Source: a virus (Duplodnaviria > Caudoviricetes). From it: a stretch of DNA of 25,127 nucleotides. Positions within the stretch are counted from its first letter, which is position 1; each line of letters starts with the position of its first letter. Position numbers and translations under genes: made by a program. The notes under the pieces were generated by a model, which saw only the letters and a list, made by a program, of their open reading frames with translations, was not told the DNA's origin and ran no database searches. Shown here piece after piece: positions 16,008 to 24,269 of the stretch. The stretch covers positions 1 through 25,127 of IMG/VR virus record IMGVR_UViG_3300044210_000030; one strand, written 5' to 3'.

Positions 16008-16181
16008 ATGAACCAAGCCCTGATAATCCGTGCCCTGATGAATGCCGGGATGACGTACCGCGAAGCGGTACACGCCGTATCCACCGATAAAACTGCAAAA
16101 CTAATAGCGGCGTGCGCCACTCCACTAAAACCCGTACAAGAGGCGCCGCGCCGCACGTGCGGCGGATTAAACCGATTTTAG
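16008..16181 (+). CDS. Small hypothetical protein (57 aa, absent from the ORF track)
   Basis: GGAG SD 6 nt upstream. MNQALIIRALMNAGMTYREAVHAV... First ORF after the promoter. Confidence 0.6.
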   Translation: MNQALIIRALMNAGMTYREAVHAVSTDKTAKLIAACATPLKPVQEAPRRTCGGLNRF

Positions 16182-16207
16182 CCGACCACCACGCGGATGA
16201 ACACCGA

Positions 16208-16435
16208 ATGACGAACACCGACGACGGCCGCGCCCGGCTGTACGAAGCCGCGTGGCTAAACGCGAAATTACTGCAAGAACTACGCGCATTGCTGCGCATA
16301 AACCGGCAATCCAGAAAGATAATTGCCGAAACAATCCCGTCAGTTCCCGACGAAGAGGAGCGGGCATGGATCATGCTGGCCGCCCTATTCGACGCAACAG
16401 AGGTTAACACAAATGGGCTACAACGGATTTTCTAA
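16208..16435 (+). CDS. Hypothetical protein
   Basis: ATG start MTNTDDG; helical 75-aa product filling the gap in the early operon. Confidence 0.55.
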   Translation: MTNTDDGRARLYEAAWLNAKLLQELRALLRINRQSRKIIAETIPSVPDEEERAWIMLAALFDATEVNTNGLQRIF

Positions 16436-16643
16436 CCGCGAGACTTGGCTTGTCCACCTGTGGATTGCCAACGATGAATACCTCATGGTATCCGTCATCG
16501 AAGCGGAAAACTCCCGCGAACTACAGGAGTTTTTCCAAGAAAACAGCCCGGTATCCACCGGGCTATACGCCGATCTTTTAAACCACGCGCTATCGTGCGT
16601 AGAGTGGGATGAGGTTTTTGACGCCATCCCACGCCGCGAGTAG
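16413..16643 (+). CDS. Phage early protein of the YNG(W/F)xNxETW family
   Basis: GAGG SD. MGYNGFSNRETWLVHLW...V.W.E motif, recognisable from many small phage proteins. Confidence 0.75.
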   Translation: MGYNGFSNRETWLVHLWIANDEYLMVSVIEAENSRELQEFFQENSPVSTGLYADLLNHALSCVEWDEVFDAIPRRE

Positions 16644-16654
16644 GAATAGGAGGA

Positions 16655-16855
16655 ATGATGATATTCCTTCCCACAAAAACAGCGTGGTTTTACCGTAGCA
16701 GTGCCGGCGGATTGATCGGTCCATTCCAAACCTTGCACGAATGCGCCCGCGCCGCGTGGTTCGCGGCGAACGCCGCCAGCGCACTGAAAAATGTTTGTGA
16801 CAACCTTGGAGAAGACGATGACCAAACAAGAAAAAATGCGCGCCCTAGCCGGTAA
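16655..16855 (+). CDS. Hypothetical protein
   Basis: AGGAGG SD; WFY....GPF.T motif. Confidence 0.6.
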   Translation: MMIFLPTKTAWFYRSSAGGLIGPFQTLHECARAAWFAANAASALKNVCDNLGEDDDQTRKNARPSR

Positions 16856-17225
16856 CCGGAACAACGGCCAGTATTCCGCCCTTTATGCTTACTCCAGCAC
16901 CGGAACAATCCTACCCGGATTGGAAAAAGAGGTATTGGATTGCCTAGACCAAGCGACGACTCTAAAAGATTCTCGTCAGCTACAGGCGTTATACGCGTTT
17001 ATCGCTGCGCCGGTAACCAAAGAGGTATTGGTAAACCTGCCTACGGAGTTCTGGCACAAGAACGCGCTCAACGCGAATGGCTCCCCAGTCCGCTGTCGCC
17101 CTAATGGGACCCTTAAAACCTGGAAACGCGACCCCGAACGTTTCCAACTTCCCGTAAAGCACGGGTTTAGAACATGTTTTCACCTAACCAACCAAAACGC
17201 GGGCGAATGGAGTGTAGCGCCATGA
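16818..17225 (+). CDS. Hypothetical two-domain early protein
   Basis: GGAG SD before ATG 16818. GQYSALYAYSSTG N-terminal motif and R.NG..KTWKR.P..F.LPVK.G C-terminal motif. Confidence 0.7.
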   Translation: MTKQEKMRALAGNRNNGQYSALYAYSSTGTILPGLEKEVLDCLDQATTLKDSRQLQALYAFIAAPVTKEVLVNLPTEFWHKNALNANGSPVRCRPNGTLKTWKRDPERFQLPVKHGFRTCFHLTNQNAGEWSVAP

Positions 17226-17389
17226 ACATCAAAGACCTATTCGAACTGGCAAACCTCAACCCGTTCGGGTACTTACCGATGGATTACGACTTTCAGCCAT
17301 TCCGCGAGGAACTGCCTGAACCGCCAGCGACGGAAAAACCGCCAAAACCCCGCAAAACCAACAAACCCCGCAAGACGGAGCAAGAATGA
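17222..17389 (+). CDS. Small hypothetical protein
   Basis: GGAG SD, ATGA overlaps on both sides; 55 aa with a K/P-rich tail. Confidence 0.6.
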   Translation: MNIKDLFELANLNPFGYLPMDYDFQPFREELPEPPATEKPPKPRKTNKPRKTEQE

Positions 17390-17571
17390 TCATCACAAAA
17401 TTTGCGGTTAAAGAGGTCAAGCTAAACAAAATACTGCACATAGACAGTGCAGACGGCCAAGTACAATGGATGCACTTTATAATCCGCCATGCCGGCGGAA
17501 TAACGGACTTGCATCTGCACTCCACGGTTAACGAGGAAATTAAGGTATCATTGTCGCCGCCAGCGAAATAA
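17386..17571 (+). CDS. Small hypothetical protein
   Basis: GGAG SD, ATGA overlap, 61 aa. Confidence 0.6.
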   Translation: MIITKFAVKEVKLNKILHIDSADGQVQWMHFIIRHAGGITDLHLHSTVNEEIKVSLSPPAK

Positions 17572-17583
17572 CCACAACCGCAA

Positions 17584-17610
17584 GTGGGCGGGTTTGATAA
17601 ACCCGCCCAC
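17584..17610. promoter_or_regulatory. Perfect 12-bp hairpin upstream of the helicase
   Basis: GTGGGCGGGTTT-GAT-AAACCCGCCCAC; no U-tract. Confidence 0.55.
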
Positions 17611-17621
17611 GGAAAACCCCA

Positions 17622-19100
17622 ATGAAAACACCTTTGCAAAGAACTCCACAACAAGAGAAGTTCATCGAGACCACGACGGCAACCGGGTCGGTTGCCTTGC
17701 GCGCCCGCCCTGGCACAGGCAAAACCTTCAGCCTACAACAGTGGGCTGACGCCAGCAAAAACAGCGGTGTATCCACCAGCTACTCAAAATCAACCGTCGA
17801 TGAACTGGCGAAAAAAATAAACCAGCGCTTTCCGGCGAAAAGCTTTCACTCCACCGGCTTACGCGCCCTAAACGGCAGCGGCAAGACCATAAAACTAGAA
17901 AAGAACAAAATATACGAAATAGTTAAAAGTCTTTCCCAAGACCACAACATCCCATTCGACATACAGGGCGATATCCGTTCATTGGCCGCGATGGCCAAAA
18001 CCTACGGAATCCAGCCTAAAAGCTCCGGTCCTGCCGGGATAACACCTAACGATATCTCCACGTGGGAAAGCATAGCCGACCTGTACGAAATAGAGTTCAC
18101 GGATGAAATACTGCACTGGGCGAAAACCACCGTTGACCTATCAAACGAGTTATTTTTAAAAGACGGAATCATCGACTTTGACGACATGCTTTACTGTTCG
18201 CTTATATTTCCACACCGTTTTGCCAGAGTCGGAATAATACTGGCAGACGAAGTGCAAGACTTTAACCTGCTGCAACATACCATGTTGCGCCGGTGCTTGC
18301 TCCCATCCGGGCGCGTGATCGCCGCTGGAGACGACCGCCAAGCGATTTACGGTTTTCGCGGCGCGTTGCACGATTCCTATAGCGAACTCGTAAAAGCGTT
18401 CGCAATGACCGAACTGCCGTTAACGGTATCCCACCGTTGCTCCAAGGAGGTTGTAAAAGTGGCGCAGCAGTACGTACCGGACTTTGAAGCCGCGCCGAAC
18501 GCGCCACAAGGTAGCGTTCTATACCCATCAAAAATGAGTCTAGCCGAAGTCCCTAAAACCGTCCTGTGCCGCAACAACGCGCCGCTAATGCGTCTGGCCC
18601 TAAAACTGCTGGTCCGCGGCCGCACCGTAGAAATAGCTGGGCGCGACATCGGGCTAAACCTAATAAAAGTAACCGAAAGAATCACAAAAAAGAACCTGAA
18701 ATCCGAAGAATTTATTGAGCGCCTAGAACGCTGGAAAGAACGGGAGCTATTCAAATACCCAAATAGAAGTTTTGCCATTATAGAACGCGCTACCGCCCTG
18801 AAAACGATAGCAACCGCACATAAAACCGTGGATAGCATGAAGAAGCACTTAGAAAAGCTTTACCCGCACACGGGAGATAAATCCTATCGCCCGTCAGACG
18901 TGCACCTATCGACAATCCACAAGGCAAAGGGCAAAGAATGGCCAGATGTTTTGTTTTTAGATTCTCATCTTATAGGTAAATACGCAACGTTAGAATGGGA
19001 GAAAATCCAAGACGAAAACCTGGCCTACGTCGGAATCACCCGCACACAAAACGAGTTAACATTCATTTCATCCCGCCAAATAGACGGATTGGACGAATAA
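17622..19100 (+). CDS. Superfamily 1 (UvrD/Rep-like) DNA helicase
   Basis: ARPGTGKT (I), DEVQD (II), GDDRQAIYGFRGA (III), SHRCS (IV), STIHKAKGKEW (V) and YVGITRT (VI). Confidence 0.95.
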   Translation: MKTPLQRTPQQEKFIETTTATGSVALRARPGTGKTFSLQQWADASKNSGVSTSYSKSTVDELAKKINQRFPAKSFHSTGLRALNGSGKTIKLEKNKIYEIVKSLSQDHNIPFDIQGDIRSLAAMAKTYGIQPKSSGPAGITPNDISTWESIADLYEIEFTDEILHWAKTTVDLSNELFLKDGIIDFDDMLYCSLIFPHRFARVGIILADEVQDFNLLQHTMLRRCLLPSGRVIAAGDDRQAIYGFRGALHDSYSELVKAFAMTELPLTVSHRCSKEVVKVAQQYVPDFEAAPNAPQGSVLYPSKMSLAEVPKTVLCRNNAPLMRLALKLLVRGRTVEIAGRDIGLNLIKVTERITKKNLKSEEFIERLERWKERELFKYPNRSFAIIERATALKTIATAHKTVDSMKKHLEKLYPHTGDKSYRPSDVHLSTIHKAKGKEWPDVLFLDSHLIGKYATLEWEKIQDENLAYVGITRTQNELTFISSRQIDGLDE

Positions 19101-19688
19101 ATGCCCAAATACATGAACAAACCACCCCTCACAAAGCAACAAGAACAAGAAATATTCCCATTGATGGACGCAGCGTTAGAGCTACCATTCGGTAAAGCCA
19201 TCTTATACCCATGCAGCGTAACTCGTGCGACGTATTTGTTCAATATAATAAATGGGGAGCGGTACAGGAATGCCGTAGAAAGCACATGCGCGTATAGGGA
19301 AGGAGAACCGTTATACGGTAAAGGAATATACTACCATCTGGTAGTCAGCGTTCACGATAAAGGACTGCTAGTTGCCCACGTGGAAACCCCGCCAACGAGT
19401 GTGGTATGGGATATCATACAGTGCATGGCCACAAAAAGCCCGGTCGATATAAAGGAGAAACTAGTAACCGCTCAATCTAGGCTAAAAAAGAATCAAGAAA
19501 AACACCCGGAATTAAACGCTGTTTATATCGATGCGGAGGCCATGCAGTTTCGGTGCTCGATACCGAATACGGAGGAAATGGCGATAGTTGATATAGACCT
19601 TGACCCAAGTCTCGCCCTTGGCCGCCCTACGCCCGAACAAGTGGCAAAAGCAAAATTGGTGAAAACTGAAAACCCCCGAAAGATTTAG
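19101..19688 (+). CDS. Hypothetical protein
   Basis: 195-aa ORF abutting the helicase stop. Confidence 0.75.
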   Translation: MPKYMNKPPLTKQQEQEIFPLMDAALELPFGKAILYPCSVTRATYLFNIINGERYRNAVESTCAYREGEPLYGKGIYYHLVVSVHDKGLLVAHVETPPTSVVWDIIQCMATKSPVDIKEKLVTAQSRLKKNQEKHPELNAVYIDAEAMQFRCSIPNTEEMAIVDIDLDPSLALGRPTPEQVAKAKLVKTENPRKI

Positions 19689-19697
19689 AAAATACGC

Positions 19698-19726
19698 TTG
19701 ATGTTTAAACGAGGAAGCGGTAAAAT
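19698..19726 (+). promoter_or_regulatory. sigma70-type promoter with 12-bp direct repeats
   Basis: TTGATG-17 nt-TAAAAT. AAAATACGCTTG at 19689 and 19722. Confidence 0.6.
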
Positions 19727-19773
19727 ACGCTTGCTTTAAACTTCTTTAAACCAAACTTAAAAGGCATCAAAAA

Positions 19774-20415
19774 ATGTTTATCGATAGTGGCACCCCAGTT
19801 AGATTTCGCACCATTATGGCAGACGCATACGCGGAAGTAGGTTTGCCAGGTTTCAAATTCGGAATCCCTCAGCCGTTCACGGCACAGATGTTCGAGTCTG
19901 TGCGCGAGGTAGGCGCTTGTCCGGTGGGGTTCGCCAGTCAGGCCAACCAGATGTTTTCGGAAACAGTCGCTAACAATATGGCCGCGAAAATTCGCGCGGC
20001 CATCAAAAACGAACAGCCCCTACCGGGGCAATACGCGATGGACACCTTGTGCGCGGCATACGACTTCTCCGGAACTCGCGGAAGCGGCGTTCAAGCCCCG
20101 TCAATCTTCGATAAGATTTTCGGCAAAATCGCTTGTAAGTTCATTCGCCAACTGCTTAAGCGGAACGGGTATAAAAACATGCCCGCGCCGGTCACGGTGG
20201 CCAAGTCGGGCGAAGAACCGGAAGATTCCCAGATATCCGCCGAAGAGTTTGAAAACCTTAGGCTGGAGCTGGTTTACGGGCAAGGCCCGTGGGGTGAAAA
20301 CGAGGCGTTTATCAACGCTCGCAACACCTTGATCGAAGAGGCGCGCGCCGAAGAAGCCGTGGTCCGCTCCAGAGAACAGGCGGTCGAAAACCGGCTGTCC
20401 AGCCTGTCCTTCTAA
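19774..20415 (+). CDS. Hypothetical protein (probably monocistronic)
   Basis: 213 aa with its own candidate promoter and terminator. Confidence 0.8.
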   Translation: MFIDSGTPVRFRTIMADAYAEVGLPGFKFGIPQPFTAQMFESVREVGACPVGFASQANQMFSETVANNMAAKIRAAIKNEQPLPGQYAMDTLCAAYDFSGTRGSGVQAPSIFDKIFGKIACKFIRQLLKRNGYKNMPAPVTVAKSGEEPEDSQISAEEFENLRLELVYGQGPWGENEAFINARNTLIEEARAEEAVVRSREQAVENRLSSLSF

Positions 20416-20432
20416 AACCGTATTCCTCCAAG

Positions 20433-20470
20433 TCCAAAAACAGCGGGAGTCGTATCCCGCTGTTTTTGGA
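20433..20470. terminator. Bidirectional Rho-independent terminator
   Basis: TCCAAAAACAGCGGGA-GTCGTA-TCCCGCTGTTTTTGGA; 16-bp perfect stem. Confidence 0.85.
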
Positions 20471-20500
20471 TCAAACCTATTTACAACATAAGGTTGTAAT

Positions 20501-20749
20501 ATGCCAAGAAAAAGCCTAGCAGATGTAGCGCCGCGAACAATCAGAATCCACATTCCAACATACAACAAAATCTTGGAGTTTTTCTCCATGTCCACTTCCG
20601 GTATTCGCGGAAGCGATGCGATAAGACAGGTTTTATATCAGTTCGGGAAGTATTGCGCCGAACAGATGGAAGCCGGAAGGGTCGCCGGGGCAAAAGACCT
20701 CCAAGAAGCGGAAGAGACCGTGCTAAAAACGTTTGGGCGCAAGGGGTAA
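20501..20749 (+). CDS. Putative ribbon-helix-helix DNA-binding protein
   Basis: MPRK...RTIRIHIPTYNKILEFF.....GSDAIRQVL: an alternating strand followed by two helices. Confidence 0.5.
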   Translation: MPRKSLADVAPRTIRIHIPTYNKILEFFSMSTSGIRGSDAIRQVLYQFGKYCAEQMEAGRVAGAKDLQEAEETVLKTFGRKG

Positions 20750-20751
20750 AA

Positions 20752-20955
20752 ATGGAAAACCTTGATAAATTACTGGAAAAACCCGCTCAAGAATGGGATG
20801 AGCAAGAAATCTTGCAAATAATCGAGGCGCTCCGGGAGCAGCGCTCCCGCTGGAACCAAGAACAATCCAGCGGGGGCAAAACTCGCGTGCCAGCCGCCAA
20901 AATACCCGTAAAACCGGCCAAAAAGGATTTGGCTTTCGAGGGTTTAAAACTATGA
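20752..20955 (+). CDS. Hypothetical protein
   Basis: AAGGGG SD before ATG 20752 (MENLDKLL); ATGA overlap with the next gene. Confidence 0.7.
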   Translation: MENLDKLLEKPAQEWDEQEILQIIEALREQRSRWNQEQSSGGKTRVPAAKIPVKPAKKDLAFEGLKL

Positions 20956-21224
20956 GTATCTCAACAGAAATAAGAGTTTTGCCGTCATTCGATGGAGTAC
21001 AACGGCTATACCGTTTTCCCAACAATTACGGCGCTTCTATAGTATCCCATTCATATTCCCTTGGCGGGAGTTCTGGCTTGTGGGAGTTAGCGGTTATTAA
21101 ATGGAAAAACGACGATTTTGTGCTAGTGTACGATACTTCAATAACCGATAGTGTTATAGGGTACCTAAACGACGAGAGTGTTCAAAAACGTCTTAAAGCA
21201 ATATCAAGTCTTCCGCGGGCATAG
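20952..21224 (+). CDS. Conserved phage hypothetical protein (F.NNYGAS...GG..GLWELAV family)
   Basis: YRFPNNYGASIV...SLGGSSGLWELAVI...Y.T.IT..V.GYL motif. Confidence 0.75.
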   Translation: MSISTEIRVLPSFDGVQRLYRFPNNYGASIVSHSYSLGGSSGLWELAVIKWKNDDFVLVYDTSITDSVIGYLNDESVQKRLKAISSLPRA

Positions 21225-21226
21225 CC

Positions 21227-22204
21227 ATGCTGCATTACGACCCCAAGACCGATGCAATAGGGTCAACTGGGATTCCGATAGGAATCCCAGAAACCGAATT
21301 TACCCCAGAAAACACGGCTTTCCACGATGGAATCCAGTTTGCGTGGGATAATACCTCCATAGGGCTATTTAAAACCTGCCCACGCAAGTACTATTACACG
21401 ATAGTGTGTGGGTACGTCCATAGAACGACCCCGCCAGCGCTAGCGTTTGGCATCCATTTGCACACGCTATTGCAGACGTGGCACAAACTGCTCGGCGATG
21501 GGACGGACCGCCATACCGCGCTGACTCGCATAACACGCCTTGCCGGATTACTCGGTGAAACCCTCCCATCCGGCGACACTGCCAGAACCAAGGAAACCCT
21601 AGTTCGCGCGATAATATGGTATTTGGACCAGTTTTGGGATGATAAAGCAGTAACGGTAAAACTTGCGGCTGGCCCGGCCGTGGAGCATCATTTCTGGTTC
21701 CCGTTCATGACATACAACGATATGGATGTTTTCGTTTGCGGCCACATAGACCGCATAGTGCACTGGCAGTCGCAAACCTACGTATGCGACTATAAAACAA
21801 CAAAATACTCCATAGACAACAGGTTTTTCGAGAAATTCAAACCCTCCACCCAAATGCCATTGTATGTTATGGCATGCCATCTCACCCAAAACACCCTTTC
21901 AACGGCGCATGGCGTGATAATTGACGGGATACAACTAGGCGTTAATTTTTGTAGGTACATGCGAAGCGTGATCCCATTCTCCTTGGAGGAAATCAACGAG
22001 TACATCGAATCCCTAAAATATTGGATTTCTCAAGCCATGGATGCCTGTAAGAAAAACCACTTCCCTCCTAACGAAGAGTCCTGCGACAAATACGGCGGTT
22101 GCTTGTTTAGGGAAATTTGCGCTAAGCCCCCTGCTAGGCGAACCGCATTTCTGGAAGGGAATTTTGTAAAACGAGTCTGGAACCCCTTAACCCGGCGGAG
22201 TTAG
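21227..22204 (+). CDS. PD-(D/E)XK exonuclease, Cas4/RecB/AddB-like with four-Cys Fe-S motif
   Basis: CPRKYYY, FG..LH, GHIDRIV, DYKT, Q..LY and C-terminal C-x5-C-x5-C (CDKYGGCLFREIC). Confidence 0.88.
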   Translation: MLHYDPKTDAIGSTGIPIGIPETEFTPENTAFHDGIQFAWDNTSIGLFKTCPRKYYYTIVCGYVHRTTPPALAFGIHLHTLLQTWHKLLGDGTDRHTALTRITRLAGLLGETLPSGDTARTKETLVRAIIWYLDQFWDDKAVTVKLAAGPAVEHHFWFPFMTYNDMDVFVCGHIDRIVHWQSQTYVCDYKTTKYSIDNRFFEKFKPSTQMPLYVMACHLTQNTLSTAHGVIIDGIQLGVNFCRYMRSVIPFSLEEINEYIESLKYWISQAMDACKKNHFPPNEESCDKYGGCLFREICAKPPARRTAFLEGNFVKRVWNPLTRRS

Positions 22205-22211
22205 ACAATTT

Positions 22212-23036
22212 ATGACCAAAACTGACCTTATCTATCGCTCGCTTATAGCCCAAATCCTAGAAAGCGACGAAAAGGTGATAACTCGCAACGCGGAGGTTTT
22301 TCGCTCGTTTACCATACCGACGATACTATTTACCAGCACTCCGTTGGTGACAGTACGAAAAACCGCATGGAAAAAGGCCATTCGTGAAATGGAATGGTTT
22401 TTGTCCGGAAGTCCTAAATGCCCCGACGAGCTGCTGGATTGGTGGGACGGCCAGTTAAACTCGAACGGCTATTACTTGAGCGGTTACGGTGAGCAACTAC
22501 GCGCGTTTGACTCACGTTTCGATCAAATAGAAAACCTGTTGCATGGGATACACAACCATCCATACAGCCGCCGACACGTTATAACAACGTGGCATCCGGA
22601 AGAAATGGCAGAAATAACCAAATTAAACAAAAACCCAAAAACCCCCGCAACATGCCATACAACTCTTGCCCAGTTTTTTTGTTCTCCCGACGGGGGCATA
22701 TCCATGCGCTCCTACCAGCGGTCGGCCGATATGCTGTTAGGCGCGCCGCATAACTGGATACAATCTTGGGCGCTTTTAATGTGGGTAGCGGAGAAAACCG
22801 GAAGAGTTTGTGATAAAATGCTATGGACGTTCGGCGATGCCCATATTTACGCCGAAGAATCGCATTTGCGCGCGGCGCGAGAAATACTTGACGCACCAAG
22901 GTCATTTACTGCTCGTTTTAATGGTTTACCAAAGCTATGCTATGAGAAAAGTTCGGTTGATTTTAGAGCCGAAGATTTTTGTATTGTAGGAGAAATCCCT
23001 TCACCTGTATCCGTTTCCCGCCCTAAACTGCTGTAG
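22212..23036 (+). CDS. thyA: Thymidylate synthase (ThyA family, divergent)
   Basis: EMEWFLSG, YG.Q.R, DQI, SRR, catalytic CH, YQRSADMLLG.PHN and GDAHIY. Confidence 0.9.
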   Translation: MTKTDLIYRSLIAQILESDEKVITRNAEVFRSFTIPTILFTSTPLVTVRKTAWKKAIREMEWFLSGSPKCPDELLDWWDGQLNSNGYYLSGYGEQLRAFDSRFDQIENLLHGIHNHPYSRRHVITTWHPEEMAEITKLNKNPKTPATCHTTLAQFFCSPDGGISMRSYQRSADMLLGAPHNWIQSWALLMWVAEKTGRVCDKMLWTFGDAHIYAEESHLRAAREILDAPRSFTARFNGLPKLCYEKSSVDFRAEDFCIVGEIPSPVSVSRPKLL

Positions 23037-23045
23037 GAGTAGTGT

Positions 23046-23180
23046 ATGACTAACGTGTACTCTTTTTGGTTGGCCCTTTACATCCATGCGATTGATAACC
23101 ATAATGCGCCGGTTTATTACAGTTCGCGCATAGATGGAGCACTGTTGCCATACGAAACCGGCTGGGATTCCATGAGATAG
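23046..23180 (+). CDS. Small hypothetical protein (44 aa, absent from the ORF track)
   Basis: TAGGAG SD overlapping the thyA stop; MTNVYSFWLALYIHAIDN... Confidence 0.45.
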   Translation: MTNVYSFWLALYIHAIDNHNAPVYYSSRIDGALLPYETGWDSMR

Positions 23181-23207
23181 TAACGTAAACGTGGCATTGT
23201 GCTGGTG

Positions 23208-23236
23208 TTGACCAGCACAATAAATCATGGTATATT
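23208..23236 (+). promoter_or_regulatory. sigma70 promoter (extended -10) embedded in nested inverted repeats
   Basis: TTGACC-17 nt-TATATT with TGn extension. IR ATTGTGCTGGT/ACCAGCACAAT at 23196-23221. Confidence 0.72.
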
Positions 23237-23272
23237 TACGTTAAGCTACAACCAGAAAACACAGAGAATAAA

Positions 23273-24157
23273 ATGAAACTGTCACCTAATGCTAAAGCGC
23301 CATTAATCAAAATGCTTTTTCTCGGGTACTCCGGTGAAGGAAAAAGCACTTCTATAGTACCGCTAGGCATATCGGGGTATCTGGATAACCCCGGCTACGA
23401 GCTGCGCATCCTGGACTTTGACGGCAAAGCCGAAGAAGTAATCCGCGCAACCCTAGCCAGACTCCTTAAAGAAAAACTAATCACTGAGGAACAACACAAC
23501 AGGGCCTTAACGGAAAACTACGACGTTGTTCCATGCTTGGAGCCGACAGGAGTAATTTCAGCGCGTGAGGGTAAACGCGTCATTAAAAAGCTGGGAGTTG
23601 AGGGAACCGCAACCGCATGGAATACTGCCGTTAGGCAACTAGAAAAATGGAGTAGTTCTTGGTCAGAAAAAACAATCCTCGTTGTCGATAGTTTCACCTA
23701 TGCGGTAAGGGCCATAACCAATTTCTCACAAGAATTGAACGGCAAGCTAAACCAGACGTTGGAATGGCGGGACTACCAAATGCCTCAGCACATTGCTGAG
23801 TCGTTAATGGTCACTTGTGCCGACCTTCCCACAAACTGTATAGTCACTGGGCATCAAGACCCCTTAGAGCTGTACAAATCCACTGACCGCGTGGATGACA
23901 AAGGAGAGATAGTTGAGGAATTGATAGATACTTTGATGGTTCCCATTTCAATTGGCCGCGCCGGTCGGATGAAACTGCCAGCCCGGTTCAACCACCTATT
24001 AGTCGCATCGAGCGACGGCAAAGGCAACGCTGTCCGGCGCTACGTCTACACCGAGTCCCGTGTTGGAGTCGTGACAAAGACTCCATTTTTCGGGCTATGT
24101 GACGCCCGCTACCCCATAGAAAAAGCACTCGTAGAGTACTTCAAACTAAAGAGGTAG
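23273..24157 (+). CDS. P-loop ATPase, AAA_24/Sak4-like recombinase
   Basis: Walker A GYSGEGKS, ILDFD, Walker B LVVDSFT and VTGH. Lies between the exonuclease and an SSB-like gene. Confidence 0.8.
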   Translation: MKLSPNAKAPLIKMLFLGYSGEGKSTSIVPLGISGYLDNPGYELRILDFDGKAEEVIRATLARLLKEKLITEEQHNRALTENYDVVPCLEPTGVISAREGKRVIKKLGVEGTATAWNTAVRQLEKWSSSWSEKTILVVDSFTYAVRAITNFSQELNGKLNQTLEWRDYQMPQHIAESLMVTCADLPTNCIVTGHQDPLELYKSTDRVDDKGEIVEELIDTLMVPISIGRAGRMKLPARFNHLLVASSDGKGNAVRRYVYTESRVGVVTKTPFFGLCDARYPIEKALVEYFKLKR

Positions 24158-24269
24158 CATTTTATCAACCACAACCTAGAGAAATCCTATGCCGAAAAAG
24201 GGCAAACCCAAACCGAAACCGTGCTGAAAACGAATACATCTCAACATCTCAACATTTCAAGGTGCTCGA

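Noticed and set aside
16149-16164. 16-bp palindrome CGCCGCACGTGCGGCG
   Set aside because: It lies inside a coding region in GC-rich context, is single copy, and has no supporting regulatory context.
21227-22204. CRISPR-Cas system implied by the Cas4-like gene
   Set aside because: No cas1/cas2 or repeat-spacer array in the window; the context is phage recombination.
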